Both the position numbers and the translations under genes were made by a program. DNA of 57,811 bases, the filler included, from Platydemus manokwari (Eukaryota), in assembly GCA_037951405.1 (NCBI GenBank). It is 5 parts of 5 records of this genome, joined end to end, with 100 filler letters (N's around TTAATTAATTAA, not from the genome) between each part and the next. Parts side by side here need not be neighbours in the genome. Positions count along the whole stretch, not along the records: positions 24,842 to 36,049 come from JBBMOY010835534.1; positions 36,150 to 47,349 come from JBBMOY010839978.1; 3 more parts are not named here. One strand, given 5' to 3'. Each line of letters starts with the position of its first letter. Positions within the stretch are counted from its first letter, which is position 1. The notes under the pieces are model-generated. The model was not told the origin of the DNA. It saw only the letters and a list, made by a program, of their open reading frames with translations, and made no database searches. Shown here piece after piece: positions 25,741-37,970 of the stretch.

Positions 25741-27280
25741 ATATTTTAAATTCAAAAGTTTGCTAGCTGGGTAATAAATAACTTAAATTTATAATAAAGC
25801 ATTTTAAATTTTACAAGGTCTATCTGCTTTACGTATTATCAATGTAGCACCTGCCTAAATTTCCTAAAGCAAATTGTTCGAACTACCCTATCTGATTACA
25901 TATATAGGATTTGTAATTAACATTTGAAAGTTTTGTTATTGTTGGTAATAAGTTTTATGACAATTTCCTTTGGATAGTAAAAAAATTATACAGTATGACA
26001 CATTCGTTGTTTTATATTTTTGAGACTGATTAATTCTACGAATAGTACTTGACCAACCAAATAGTTGAACAAATACTTGTAAAAATAATAAAGTACCCAC
26101 AACCCAGCATTATCATTGATTCAACGAAGTATCAAATTCAATTGTAATAACAATTAAAACCTTTTTAATGTTTTTAAAATCATCTTTATCAATGCTGCAC
26201 AGAATAAATGTGATCAATTTATAACTCGAGCTTAGTGTGAAAGTAATATAATTTATGCAATAATTCATATAATAGTTTTCATATTATTATAGAACACTTT
26301 CCAAGAGATAATATCTGTCTATCATTATCTATACTTCCCATTTATAGCCAATTATTATTAACCACAACATCCACATCTAGACATTTGAATTTAACGAAAC
26401 ACTGCAGACAAACCAAATAAAATAGATAAAAATGCTTGATTAAATAGCGATCTGTAAAGAGAAATACGTCTGGTAACGCATCCTTCATTTTCCATTAAAG
26501 CATTAATATTAAGTTTAACATACATTATACATACATTAACATACATAATATGTTGTTAAATATTACAATGTTTTGACTTACCTAAGTAGTCACTTCCAAA
26601 TAACAAATTTCCAAAGTAATCAATAAAACGATTTCTAGATTAAATAGTTTAATGCTTTAACTAGAGATTTAAGATGAAAAAGGCGAAGTATTGACTTTTT
26701 TATATTTACCAATAACAACGATCAAATTATGAAAAAGACGTTGGTTGAATCCAAGTTTTAAGATAAAATAATAAGAATATTAAAAAATTACTCAATAAGT
26801 ATAGGTTAACAAAACAATTAAAATTTTCATGATTTTTAAACAAAGTAAAAAAATATCTAAATGTGTGAAACATACATTTACATATTTTCAGAAACATAAA
26901 ATTTTTAGGTATTAATCACTGAAAATTTAAGACGAACTTTTATATAAAACTGTAAAAATTTAATGAAACAATAAATACACCTGAAATAATAATACAATAA
27001 ATAATATTAACAAAATACAATATACTTTGTATTAAAATGTTATATTTCAGAACAATTGAAAATCATGTTCCGTTATCCATAAACGACTACTATTTAATAA
27101 GTTAATTTTAATTAGAATTTTTCTAGAGATTTCACTGATAAGATATAACTTATCCCATTAGGCTGAAATTTTTCAAGCTTTACCAGTTAAATGAAAATTG
27201 CATAATTTAGAATTTTAGTTTAATAGTGAATCTCTTTATTTATACCATTTGAAACCACAATGAAAACAAATTCTTTGTTT

Positions 27281-27865
27281 TTAAACTGTAAAATCACAAA
27301 TTTTTTCAGTAGATCTTTGTCTATGTTCGCTATTTATGCAATAATGATGATTTGTATTAATTTCAGAACCGGTAACATCTGAGTTATTTGAACTATAAAG
27401 AGGCATAATAGTGCACGTGCAAAAATGCTTTTTCCTTGGTGGACTTGCAGAATCAGAATCATCATCACTGGACATTGAATGTGAATAAGACAAATTAATA
27501 GACTCATCAACTTTTCGCTTCATGCAATTCTTGATATTTACACGTGCTATTTTAACATTTACTAATTTTGAATTTAAATTATCACTGGAATTTGTAACTG
27601 GGCGTAAATATGAATTAAAGACGTTTTCATCACTGATTGATGATGAGTCATCAAATAACGACGTCAGTGGAAACTTTCCATTTTTGTTAATAACGCGAAA
27701 AAAAGAATTGTCCAAAAAAATTTCTTCCTTCTTAACCAGTTTTATTGACGATGGCCCATCTCTGCTAGTTGAAAAATACAACATTGAATGTTTTGAGTTG
27801 TCCTCGTTTGACAAAGGAGTGAAATTGGAAAAACTTGCAGAACTTCGTACTGGAAAACTGTACAT
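27281..27865 (-). CDS. Orphan Ser/Asp-rich protein, 194 aa (single or terminal exon), with putative NLS
   Basis: 585-bp open frame with higher GC than its flanks; possible acceptor TTTATCAAG|G just before the ATG; KRK and PPRKK basic motifs; no recognisable domain. Confidence 0.55.
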   Translation of the reverse strand: MYSFPVRSSASFSNFTPLSNEDNSKHSMLYFSTSRDGPSSIKLVKKEEIFLDNSFFRVINKNGKFPLTSLFDDSSSISDENVFNSYLRPVTNSSDNLNSKLVNVKIARVNIKNCMKRKVDESINLSYSHSMSSDDDSDSASPPRKKHFCTCTIMPLYSSNNSDVTGSEINTNHHYCINSEHRQRSTEKICDFTV

Positions 27866-30800
27866 CCTTGATAAATAAATAAATAAATAATTTAATTAAT
27901 TAATAATTACAACTAACGTATCAAAAACAGTTAAACCAACACAAAATAAACAAATTACTTTTAAAAATTAAAATAAATTAAAACAATTTTTATCATTTAC
28001 TAAATATAAAGAATAAGTATCTTTAATTCAGTCTTAAAGACAACTGTGAAACAGATCTACTTATGATATAATATGCTAATTAATAAAAGATGGTTATAAA
28101 AATTTAGACTGAAAATAAAATAAAAACATTAGGAATCTTATAAAAATCTGATCACTACTCAATCTAAAGTTTAAAAATACTTTTGGTTATTTTAAGTTCG
28201 CAAACGAAAAACCCACATTTTAAAATTTTTATTAAATTTAATTTTGCAATATTTGTTTAATTTTAATTTCATATTTAATTTTTATTGTATATTTATATTT
28301 TCATTTTAATTATATAATAATTTATGACCATAATGCTGGGAATAAATAATTTATTTGAAAAGAAATTATTCAATATAATCCTAATACATTTATAACCACA
28401 ACTAAACATCAGAACATGAAAAAGAGGTATCAATTGGGAAAAAACATTTAAGTAAAATTATTCACCATCTCTATTGATATATTTGTTAGACATAAAAACT
28501 GTACCGGTTTGTCTTAAAGTAACGCATATACACGCTTCTTCTTTATAGATTGTTTGTGAGTAACATTTGTTCCGATTCATTTTTAAATTCATTGAAGTGG
28601 GTTTATGAAAAAAGTACTTTCTTCGAGACTACTGGTACCGAATCTGGTCCAAAAAAGAAAGCAGGTATTCGAATTGTTTCTTGAATAATATGTATGACTT
28701 GTTATATATATTTTCAACCATATTTGTAAGTAACTAACCAACTCTCTTTTGATCGATGGTTTGATGCTTCAATAATATCTTGGGTTTAAGCATCATTATA
28801 AAATTAGCAATCCAAATTACTGGCTAGTAATTGCATTTAATTTGAATACCACTCATCACATTAAAATTCCCTCTTGTTTGTGATTCATTATAAGGGATTT
28901 CATTTGTTTTTGTGAAGACAAGCTACTGAAAGTAGACGAAAAGGTCAAAGTTAAATCAATGCAAATCTTAGTTGTTGTTAATTAAATTATCAGATTATCC
29001 ATATTAGGAGACAATAGTTTTGAATTTTTAAGAGTGTCATTATACAAAAGAGACAGATCATAGTGCGAATTTGTGTATGAATATTCTTGATAAATTTTTT
29101 GAGGATTCACCCACATAATCGAACATATCAAATCATAATTCCTTAATCAGTTATCCGAATTCGTTAATCAAATGTTACATCATCAATTCTAATTCCTTGA
29201 CCAAATCCAAATCATAAAAACCAATCCAAATATGAAATTCCAATTCAAACAACAATCCCAATTCTTTAATCAATTCTTCTTGAATCAATTCTCATCAAAT
29301 GATTAAGTTTCAACTCAATTGCCCAACAGTATCTCTTACCGATCTCGACTCCCATTCACCGACTTCGATTACTATTCAACAACAATAAACTACTAACCGT
29401 TATTGATTCGACATTCATTTGATTCAAATTTTGACTTTATTCGACTTACGTCTTAATTTAGTATTGATTGCTAAACGCTTAAATTATGTTTGCTTTGCTT
29501 TAATTACCCCTGTTTGTAAAATAATTATCTAGTGACTGTGCAATCATTCTTTTAATTTGTGAACCTGAAAGAGTAAGAAAGTGGCACAGGATTAAAATAA
29601 TAATGACAAAATAAATAGCAATTAATACACGAATAGCAGCAATAATATAAATAAAAATAATATAAAGGGTAGTAACAATAATATTGGTAATAGTTCGATA
29701 AGAATAAAAATGATAACATAACAAATAAATAATAATAATGATTAATAATAATAATAATAACCGCAATAATAATAATAGTACAATTCATAAGTATAGAAAA
29801 AATATTTAGTTTTATCTGATCGAGAAAAAAGAACAGAACCAAACATCAAAAGAAATAAAAATAGTAACATCACATTTGATATTATCTCAGCAGAAAAAAC
29901 CTGTAACAAAAAGAGCATAATACATCGCAAAAGAAAAATAAATATAGTAACGGCCATTATGCCGTATAACTGAACAAATAAAATATTAACACAACATAAA
30001 AAATCACATCATAGGAATGGCACCAAGAAAAAAAAGGTATATAAACTTATAACAGTTTAAGTAAAATACTAAAAAAGAATAAGCCAAGATAACAAGCCAT
30101 CGCTACTAAGCTAAAAGAAGAAAATATATGAATAATCATATTAATTTGATTTATCAGAAGCTGCAAGAAAATTTTGCTACAATTTATCCGATTCAAATCC
30201 TACCGAGGCATTTTCTATAATTTCATTTAAGTGTAGGTTATTTTGTTATTTGCTAGAAGTATTGCCTATATAATCGAGTTTAACTAAATTCATAATTAAT
30301 TAACTTATTCGTTTAATTAAATTATATTCTTGTCGCTCCTTTCAAGCTCTTTCCCCGTATCCAGAACTTTGGGTGTCACACAATAATCTACTTTCGTGGC
30401 ACACTGCATAATTTGGCAAAATCTTTTTGTTATTCTTTTAGTGTTAATCTTGTTTTCGATTTCCTAAATAAAATCTTATAACGAATTTTGCTTATTAAAT
30501 CATTGTTTCATAATCACTATTTAATCAATTAATTTGTGCAACAGGCAGTAACTGGTTACAGTGGGACATTTGAATCTTTGTTGTAACAGCCAATGATTAT
30601 CGTGTTTCTCAATAAAACTTTCAGTTAGATTCTGATAGCTTCGTCCTCGTACGAGCTATTGAAGCCCATATCATATTTATTTAATAGATTTTTTGGTAGT
30701 TAGTCCTAGATCTATTACCAACTCATTAATTAGCAAATAGATCTCCAACCACTTGATTCAAAATATAAATAATTATAATTATAATATAAGTAATTAGACT

Positions 30801-33244
30801 TATTAAAAACATCATAAATAGTAAAATTGAACCTTAACAACGTGGACTTAATCAAAACTAAATTCTCCTATGCTTCAGTATTTCCAAAAAATTAATACTG
30901 TCAGAGCCTGTAAATTTTTAAACAAATTATTTTAAAAATGTCCATATTCTAACACATTGGTTCAATTATGTAAAGCCCTACCATTATCTGAAGTTCATAA
31001 TTGAAATCTTAATCTGATTATTCGTAGACATCTAAAATTTAATTTTTGAAAGATCAAATATGTTTGAATTGTGGAATCAACTGTTATCGGTTATTATAAA
31101 TATTTGAAATTAGTTGTCATTTATAAAAAATCACTGACACTCAAAAATTATCTTATAAGTTCCTATAATAAGTACAAGTCGTTAATTAACAAACTTAAAT
31201 GTTAATCAATGATCACATGATTTTCTAGGTTAAATAACCAGCCAAGAAATACTTAAACAAATGATAATTTTTTGTAAACATGTTTTGTGTCTGTTTTTCA
31301 AGCATTATGGACTTGTATTGAAAAAAAGGAAATTTAACTGTAAATATTTTAATATTTTCATAAACATCAATGAATTGGCCACATAAGATAAAGCTTAAAT
31401 AGAAACCCAATTAAACCTTAATTAAACCACGATAAAATGAGTACTAATTTTAAATTTTTAGTGGAAGGTTGAGGAAAAATTATCTTTTGAGAACAATAAT
31501 GAGACTTTACTTTTGGAAGAATTTTTTGCGCTTTTATATTTCTGTATAATAATATTGAATCGTAAAGGGTATTCACAGGACATACATAAACCAGTATGCA
31601 ACTTATATGTACTCACTAGCATTAAATTATTTATATTAAATCTCCTACCATGCCCGTAAATATAATCCATTAAAATAGATCTGTGAAATATCGAAATACT
31701 GATTAGAATAAACAGCCAAATTAATATAGTTTAAATTGTGACTTTAAAATGTGACAATTGTACAATCTCAATCAAAATAATCTACTATTTAACATTGACA
31801 AATACTCGATTAGCATATTTACCAAGCACTAGGTCTCAATAAATCTTCTATGAACAACCTGAAGCATCTAATCATAGTCCAAATCTACTAATTCCTAGAG
31901 CAAACTCATTGAGAATATCCAACAATAATTCAATTAGAGTTATACAATGACTTTTACCATCTTGATATTGTTGGTTAACAATTTTGATAAGGCCGAATTT
32001 GAAACACGGAAGCAATAGATTTTAAGATAAACGACAATGAAAAAAATCGAATAAAATTCCACCCAACTCAATCCAGCACAACCGATTCGAATTCAACTTA
32101 TTGGACTAGATGCTCCAATAGATTTCGAAAGCTGATAATAATTTCTAGTAGAGCAATAAGGTGACAATCCTATCGAATTAGTCGATTTAAGAGTTGATTG
32201 GTATACTGATGGGTAGAACGAAAAATGATCAAACTATACTCAGAGATAGTAACAGAGTTTTAAGATTTTGTTATTAATTAAGTCATTGATTTCTTACTCA
32301 TGTTTGGTTGTGTTTGATGTTTTTATTGATGCTTTTATATTTGTAGCTCAACAGTGTGACTTTAACAATTTATTATTATATTTTATTTATCAAAATAATC
32401 ACACAAAATTTCAATATAAAGATTTGCTTAAAATATTACACAACAAATTGTACACACAAAATTAACTCAATTAATTTAACTCAATCAAATTTCACTACAA
32501 ATGGGTTAAGTTATCTCACCGGGGACGTGAGAACTTGTTTTATGCGTTACTACAATTTTAATATAGATTTTATAATGCTGATTTCAAAGGGCTAATCTTT
32601 TAGAACAGTTGTCACTTAATTTAATTTAGTATTATTTATTATTATCATTGAGTAATATTAACAAGGATTATTTCAAGCTTCAAAATTTATTTTCAAAAAA
32701 TGTTTTTAGCAATAAGTTTTTCAGTAAATGTCTATTTACTTTCAGTTTCGTAAATTTTCGTAAGTGTGAATTGTGATGGAAATCCACCAGCTTATTTAGA
32801 TGCTGAGATTCAGTACTTTCTACCAAAGATCTTATATCACTCGTACACATTCTTATCATTTTTGTTAGTTTGTTCTTTAATTATGTATCAATTTTGTTAA
32901 TTATTTATCAATTTACATAAAAACAATTATTTTTTCTACAAAAATAAATCATGATTGAAAAAATCACATATCAATGAAGTCAAATATTATAAAAAGAGAT
33001 GAATTAAATTTTCACAAATCAATTAAATGTTTATCAATGTCTAGGATTAAATAAATGTTCGATAATTGTGATTGTTGAATATGATGATCATGTTCGAATA
33101 TTGAGATTTTGGAATTTGTCTAATAAAAATTTTCAAATATTATGATTTTCGGATGTGAATGCGCAACCAGGACAGTAATATAGAATCTTTCACTGACTCC
33201 TAGACATCTAGGTCCACATTTTAGTTCTTCGTTCCCCATGATTT

Positions 33245-33469
33245 TCATTTTGGATTTGGTTTCATTAGTGGCGTCGGCTTTTTGAAATCTGGAACTTTTT
33301 GGGATTCTTGGGACTGTAATGTGTTCAACTCCGTTGTAGCTTGCAGAGCTTTCATTCCTGATATTTTGCTCTTCCATCCACCATATGAGTTGATGGTGAT
33401 TGAAGTCTTTTCTTCTTCGTTATCCTTACTCTCTGGGTAGAGCACTAGCCGGCTAATGGTTTCCAAACA
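33245..33469 (-). CDS. Putative terminal coding exon of an unidentified gene
   Basis: Acceptor TTCCAATTTAG|TGT; only the phase-0 frame stays open from the acceptor (CLETISRLVLYPESKDNEEEK...KPNPK*); GC-richer island. Confidence 0.35.
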   Translation of the reverse strand, partial: CLETISRLVLYPESKDNEEEKTSITINSYGGWKSKISGMKALQATTELNTLQSQESQKVPDFKKPTPLMKPNPK

Positions 33470-35379
33470 CTAAATTGGAATGAAAATAAACTGTAAGTCG
33501 CGTGGATTAATTATGTGAGTTTTGTCAAAGTTGTTATTAATATGGACTTCATTGTTTTTGTTTAGATTTTGGTAAATTAAATTAATTATTGATAATAAAT
33601 TAATAATTTAATTTAATTTAATCATATTTGTATATATATTTATATACTTCTTATTTACTGCTAATAATAAGATATTTGATAGAATAATTTCAACCACACA
33701 TCAATCTATTGCTGCTAATTTAAGTCATTTCAATCTTTAATAACATATGCCCTCAAACCTAATATGTACCTAATTATTAAAGACAAGCACACAGAACCAT
33801 AAATATGATTAGTTGATTTTTTGAACAAGGAATCGTTACAAGCTTATTTTTCAAATGATTAAAATTCATTCAGGTAATTTAAAATAAGTGAAAGTAACTA
33901 TATTTGTCAACAAAAAAAACCTAAGCCCATTATTCAATATTGTTGTCTAAGAACATTGTTTATTATCTTCTTGCATTTGATGGAATTTAGTGACATAATA
34001 TGTATTTTTCAAGCTGTGAGGGTAGATATATAGTAAGATAATTCCACCAATATCTGACTTGTCACACTACCGTAGCATATATTTATTTTACCATATATAA
34101 AGCAAATAAATAAATAGCAATTTATACGATACGTTTATTTATATATTTCTACAACAATTATTAATACAATTTTAAAATTAATATGAGTGATTTTAAATTT
34201 TGATGATTTTAAATTGAAAAACCACTGTTGGGAACTATTGCCACTCGACTCTGGTGAAAAAAGATCTATAGAAAAAGTAAGTTTTGAAAGAAGTCAAATA
34301 TTCTTTGAGAACTTTGATGATAACATTTTATGTAGTAATAATCCACTTTCGGGCATTATTAACATTAAATTTAAATATGATTGTAAATAATAAATAAAAT
34401 TTACCCATTAGACGAGATCCCATCTTTTTATAGATAAACTCAGAAATTGCTTAAAAAGACTTAGTGTATCTTTTGCCTATTTTTGTTTTCTTATATACTT
34501 ATTTTTTGCTGTGTGTTTTCCTCGTTGATTGTTTGTTTTCCTTGCCTGATACTTGGTTATTTTCCTATCTTTCTACAACACACCTGCTGGTTGTCACGGT
34601 AACGTAGAAGTTGTCATAACTATGTGTTATTATTACTGTTTATATTTATTATATTAATTATATTATTTGTATTGTTTATTATATATTTTTTCATGTATAA
34701 TATTATTAAGGCAATATTATTTATAATATTTTAATTAATCATTGCTGGCCAATGAATTTTATATTTTTTATCGTTTTTCTCACACATTAATTCATTGCTC
34801 ACTAAGGAGAAAATCTTGACAGGGAATCATCTCTCTTGATAGTTTCAATTTCAACAATAATCTTGGCATAAATATTGTCATCGAGTGTGCCAAATATTGC
34901 TTGGAATTTTAGATTATAAACCCTGGAATTAGGTAAAAATGGTAAGCACACCAACATAAATATACACCATCAAAGGTCCTTTAAATCTGACTATATATCA
35001 GCTTTCAATGGAGACATATCAACAGGAAAGAATAATGCCGAAATTTTCCGAAAATACCATTTGATACCACATGGAAATCTTGACCAAATAAGAATTAATG
35101 TACAGGTAATTAATCTGTACTCACAAAAGTAATGCCAGAAACTCTGTGAGTTCTTGGTAGAAATTGTCAGTCTTTTTGGTAATTAACCTTTTGGTATATT
35201 TTCCTTCTGCTTGGTCCAGAAAAATTAGGGGTTGCAAAATTTTTATTTTTTCTAATTCGTGATATTAAGCACATACTGCAACAATTCCCAAGTTCACCAA
35301 AAGATACTTCACAAATTAAGTGCAGAAATGTCATATTGCTCGACTTTACACTGAAATTTGGTCACCTTTACATCAAATA

Positions 35380-35720
35380 TTTATACTTGAGATTTGTGTG
35401 TATTTTGTGTATCAGTTTTGATTTGATCTTTTGTGTCTAAAGCTTCAATTTATCAAATTTCTATTACTGGGATTTCTCAACCCCTGTATGCGTTACTGTG
35501 TAGTAATATCCTCTCTTATTAGCTGGTTGCTATGCATGTTTGGTTGTCTAGACAGATAATTATTGAGTAATTATAAACAATATGTTACAGAATGGAATCA
35601 ACAAGCTCAGCCTCAACAATGTCATCTCTATCATCATCCATATATCAAAAGATCAAGCTTCAATCACCTCATCAATCAACCTCCTCTTATCAAAGTCTAC
35701 AATGGAAGGTAGACATGGAT
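35380..35720. repeat. Repeat family A/B composite copy
   Basis: Reverse-complement arrangement of 20745-21200. Confidence 0.55.
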
Positions 35721-36049
35721 GAACAACACTTACATTTTACTTTTTGTGATTATTTTTGAATTATCTGACTATACCTTTTGTGAATTTGAGTCTTTAATCT
35801 TGCATGAAAAAATTGTATTTATGATTTTGATTTATTTATGTGAAAAGTTGTATATATGTTACGTTTTGCTCTTGGAGGGATCTGACTATTATTTCGGTTG
35901 GGTGTAAATCGAGATGATTTTAGATAGTAGTGATTTATTATTTTTAGTATTAACAATTAACAATCAATAAATAATAATCAAATATCAATAATCAAGAAGA
36001 CTATGGTTAAATATGCACTAAATATATATTGTTATTTAAAACTGAATAT

Positions 36050-36149
36050 NNNNNNNNNNNNNNNNNNNNNNNNNNNNNNNNNNNNNNNNNNNNTTAATTA
36101 ATTAANNNNNNNNNNNNNNNNNNNNNNNNNNNNNNNNNNNNNNNNNNNN
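36050..36149. other. Artificial contig linker
   Basis: N44-TTAATTAATTAA-N44. Confidence 0.98.
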
Positions 36150-36166
36150 ATAAAGAAAGAATAATA

Positions 36167-36202
<36 letters not shown>

Positions 36203-37171
36203 GAAATAATAATTATTCGAAATATGTTTACGATACTGTTAAAAAAGTATACAAATATATCTATATCATGAGGATTGACAGTGGAAAAAAGTATTAAATC
36301 GATTTATAAAAATAATTCCAAAATATTTCGCATAAGACTTTGCATGAGAAAAAAGAAATCTAGATATATAAATATAAATCCATGGGGAATAAGTGTTAAT
36401 GTAGCGATTTAAAAATTTGATGCGTGACGATAAAACATCTTTCAGGAAATTGTATAAAGGGATTAAGCATACATAAGAACCCTAACACGCTGAGATTTAC
36501 GGAAACCACTAGATTACGTGATTTTGAAGAACCATTGCTCTCCAGACGTATATGCCACTTTGATCAGCAAGTCATTGTCAATAAACGTGAGTCCGATGAT
36601 TATGTAAAATATTGATCATTACTATTGTATTTATTGTTTATTGTCTTGTTATCGAGCTGTGTCTCAAAAACTCCTACGAAGGTGAAGTTTTTTACTCCAA
36701 GAGCGTATAGTGTATTAACCGTAACTTATTCCAGAATTTGTTAGGACAGATCGTTTGAGTGTACTTATTATTTGGTGTATATTGGCATAGTAAAATCATT
36801 GTCGTTTTTATTTGGTGTTTGAATTGTTGTATAGCCTGTTCATTGACTGAGAATTGTATAATATTAATGAGTTAACCATAAATTGAGACTGCTAGGAAAT
36901 AAAATATCAACATCATTGTTGCCACTCATATTATCTTCATATAATATTGAGTGTGAGTCGAAGAAAGAAAGTTACATCAGGTTTAGAATTGTACCTTGTG
37001 TTTGGTTAGAAACATATGAGACTGATAAGACGGCATTGATCTTCAACAATAAAATAATCGAATTAAAGACTGATAAGTTAACCAAAAAACTAACAACCTG
37101 AAACACATCATATCCATGGAAATTTCTTATTGGAAACAACAAGTCTAATAATTTTGATTTTTCAATAAATA

Positions 37172-37536
37172 ATCGATATTTCTAAAAGGCTTATATGATT
37201 TTAAATTTTTCATCAGCAAACATTGTGAGCAAAAATATGTTACATGATACGATGTCAAATCAATCGATTATAAATTAAATCAGATTTAATTAATTCTTTT
37301 AGCGGAAAGTATAATATTCGATATTACATGATCGATAGAACACATTTTGTATAGAAATTTTGAAATTACTTTCACTTGTAAAATTGAAATTTTAGGATCA
37401 GCAAAACAATAGATTGATTAATCGATAACAATAAACAATTCTCATTTTATTCATCACATACATCGATTATTGTTTTTATTATTAATACTATGTGAGATAT
37501 TTTCATTCATCGATTATTATAAATAGATTTATCGAT
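37172..37536 (+). promoter_or_regulatory. Putative promoter: ATCGAT motif cluster plus TATA box
   Basis: ATCGAT at 37172, 37263, 37331, 37421, 37462, 37509 and 37531; TATAAATA at 37518, ~45 bp upstream of the ATG at 37564. Confidence 0.5.
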
Positions 37537-37563
37537 TTCCAATAATCAATAATTGATTCAATC

Positions 37564-37970
37564 ATGAAATTCATTTTATCGATTTTATGTTTATCGTTAA
37601 TATTGTCATCATTTTGTGATGGATCAATGTTTATTGGTACTGGAGATTTCGATACTGAAAGTAAGATTTAAACAAATATGATAATAAAGATATGAAATGA
37701 AATATAATTTGTATTGAAGATACTCCATATGTAATCATCAATGGAATCATGTTCGATGCTTCTGAAACACGAAATGTCAAAGTTGGAGAAGGCATAGCAT
37801 GTGTCAAATGTGAAATCAAAGCTCCGGTATCGAAAACAACTCCTCCAACATTTACATGTTATGGGTGAATATTGATAATATTGATAATGATATTGAAATA
37901 TAATATAAATATTTGTAGATCATCGATGGTGATGAGAGATGGTAAAAAGAAATACATATCGAGCTGTTAA
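37564..37970 (+). CDS. Small secreted 4-Cys protein, 97 aa, 3 exons (37564-37660, 37720-37864, 37919-37970)
   Basis: GT-AG introns of 59 and 54 nt with compatible phases; the spliced 294-nt ORF encodes MKFILSILCLSLILSSFCDG-SMFIGTGDFDTENTPYVIINGIMFDASETRNVKVGEGIACVKCEIKAPVSKTTPPTFTCYGSSMVMRDGKKKYISSC*; AATAAA at 38007. Confidence 0.85.

Noticed and set aside
29500-29957. Three overlapping minus-strand ORFs rich in I/Y/L/F
   Set aside because: Translation of low-complexity AAT-rich sequence; no coding signature
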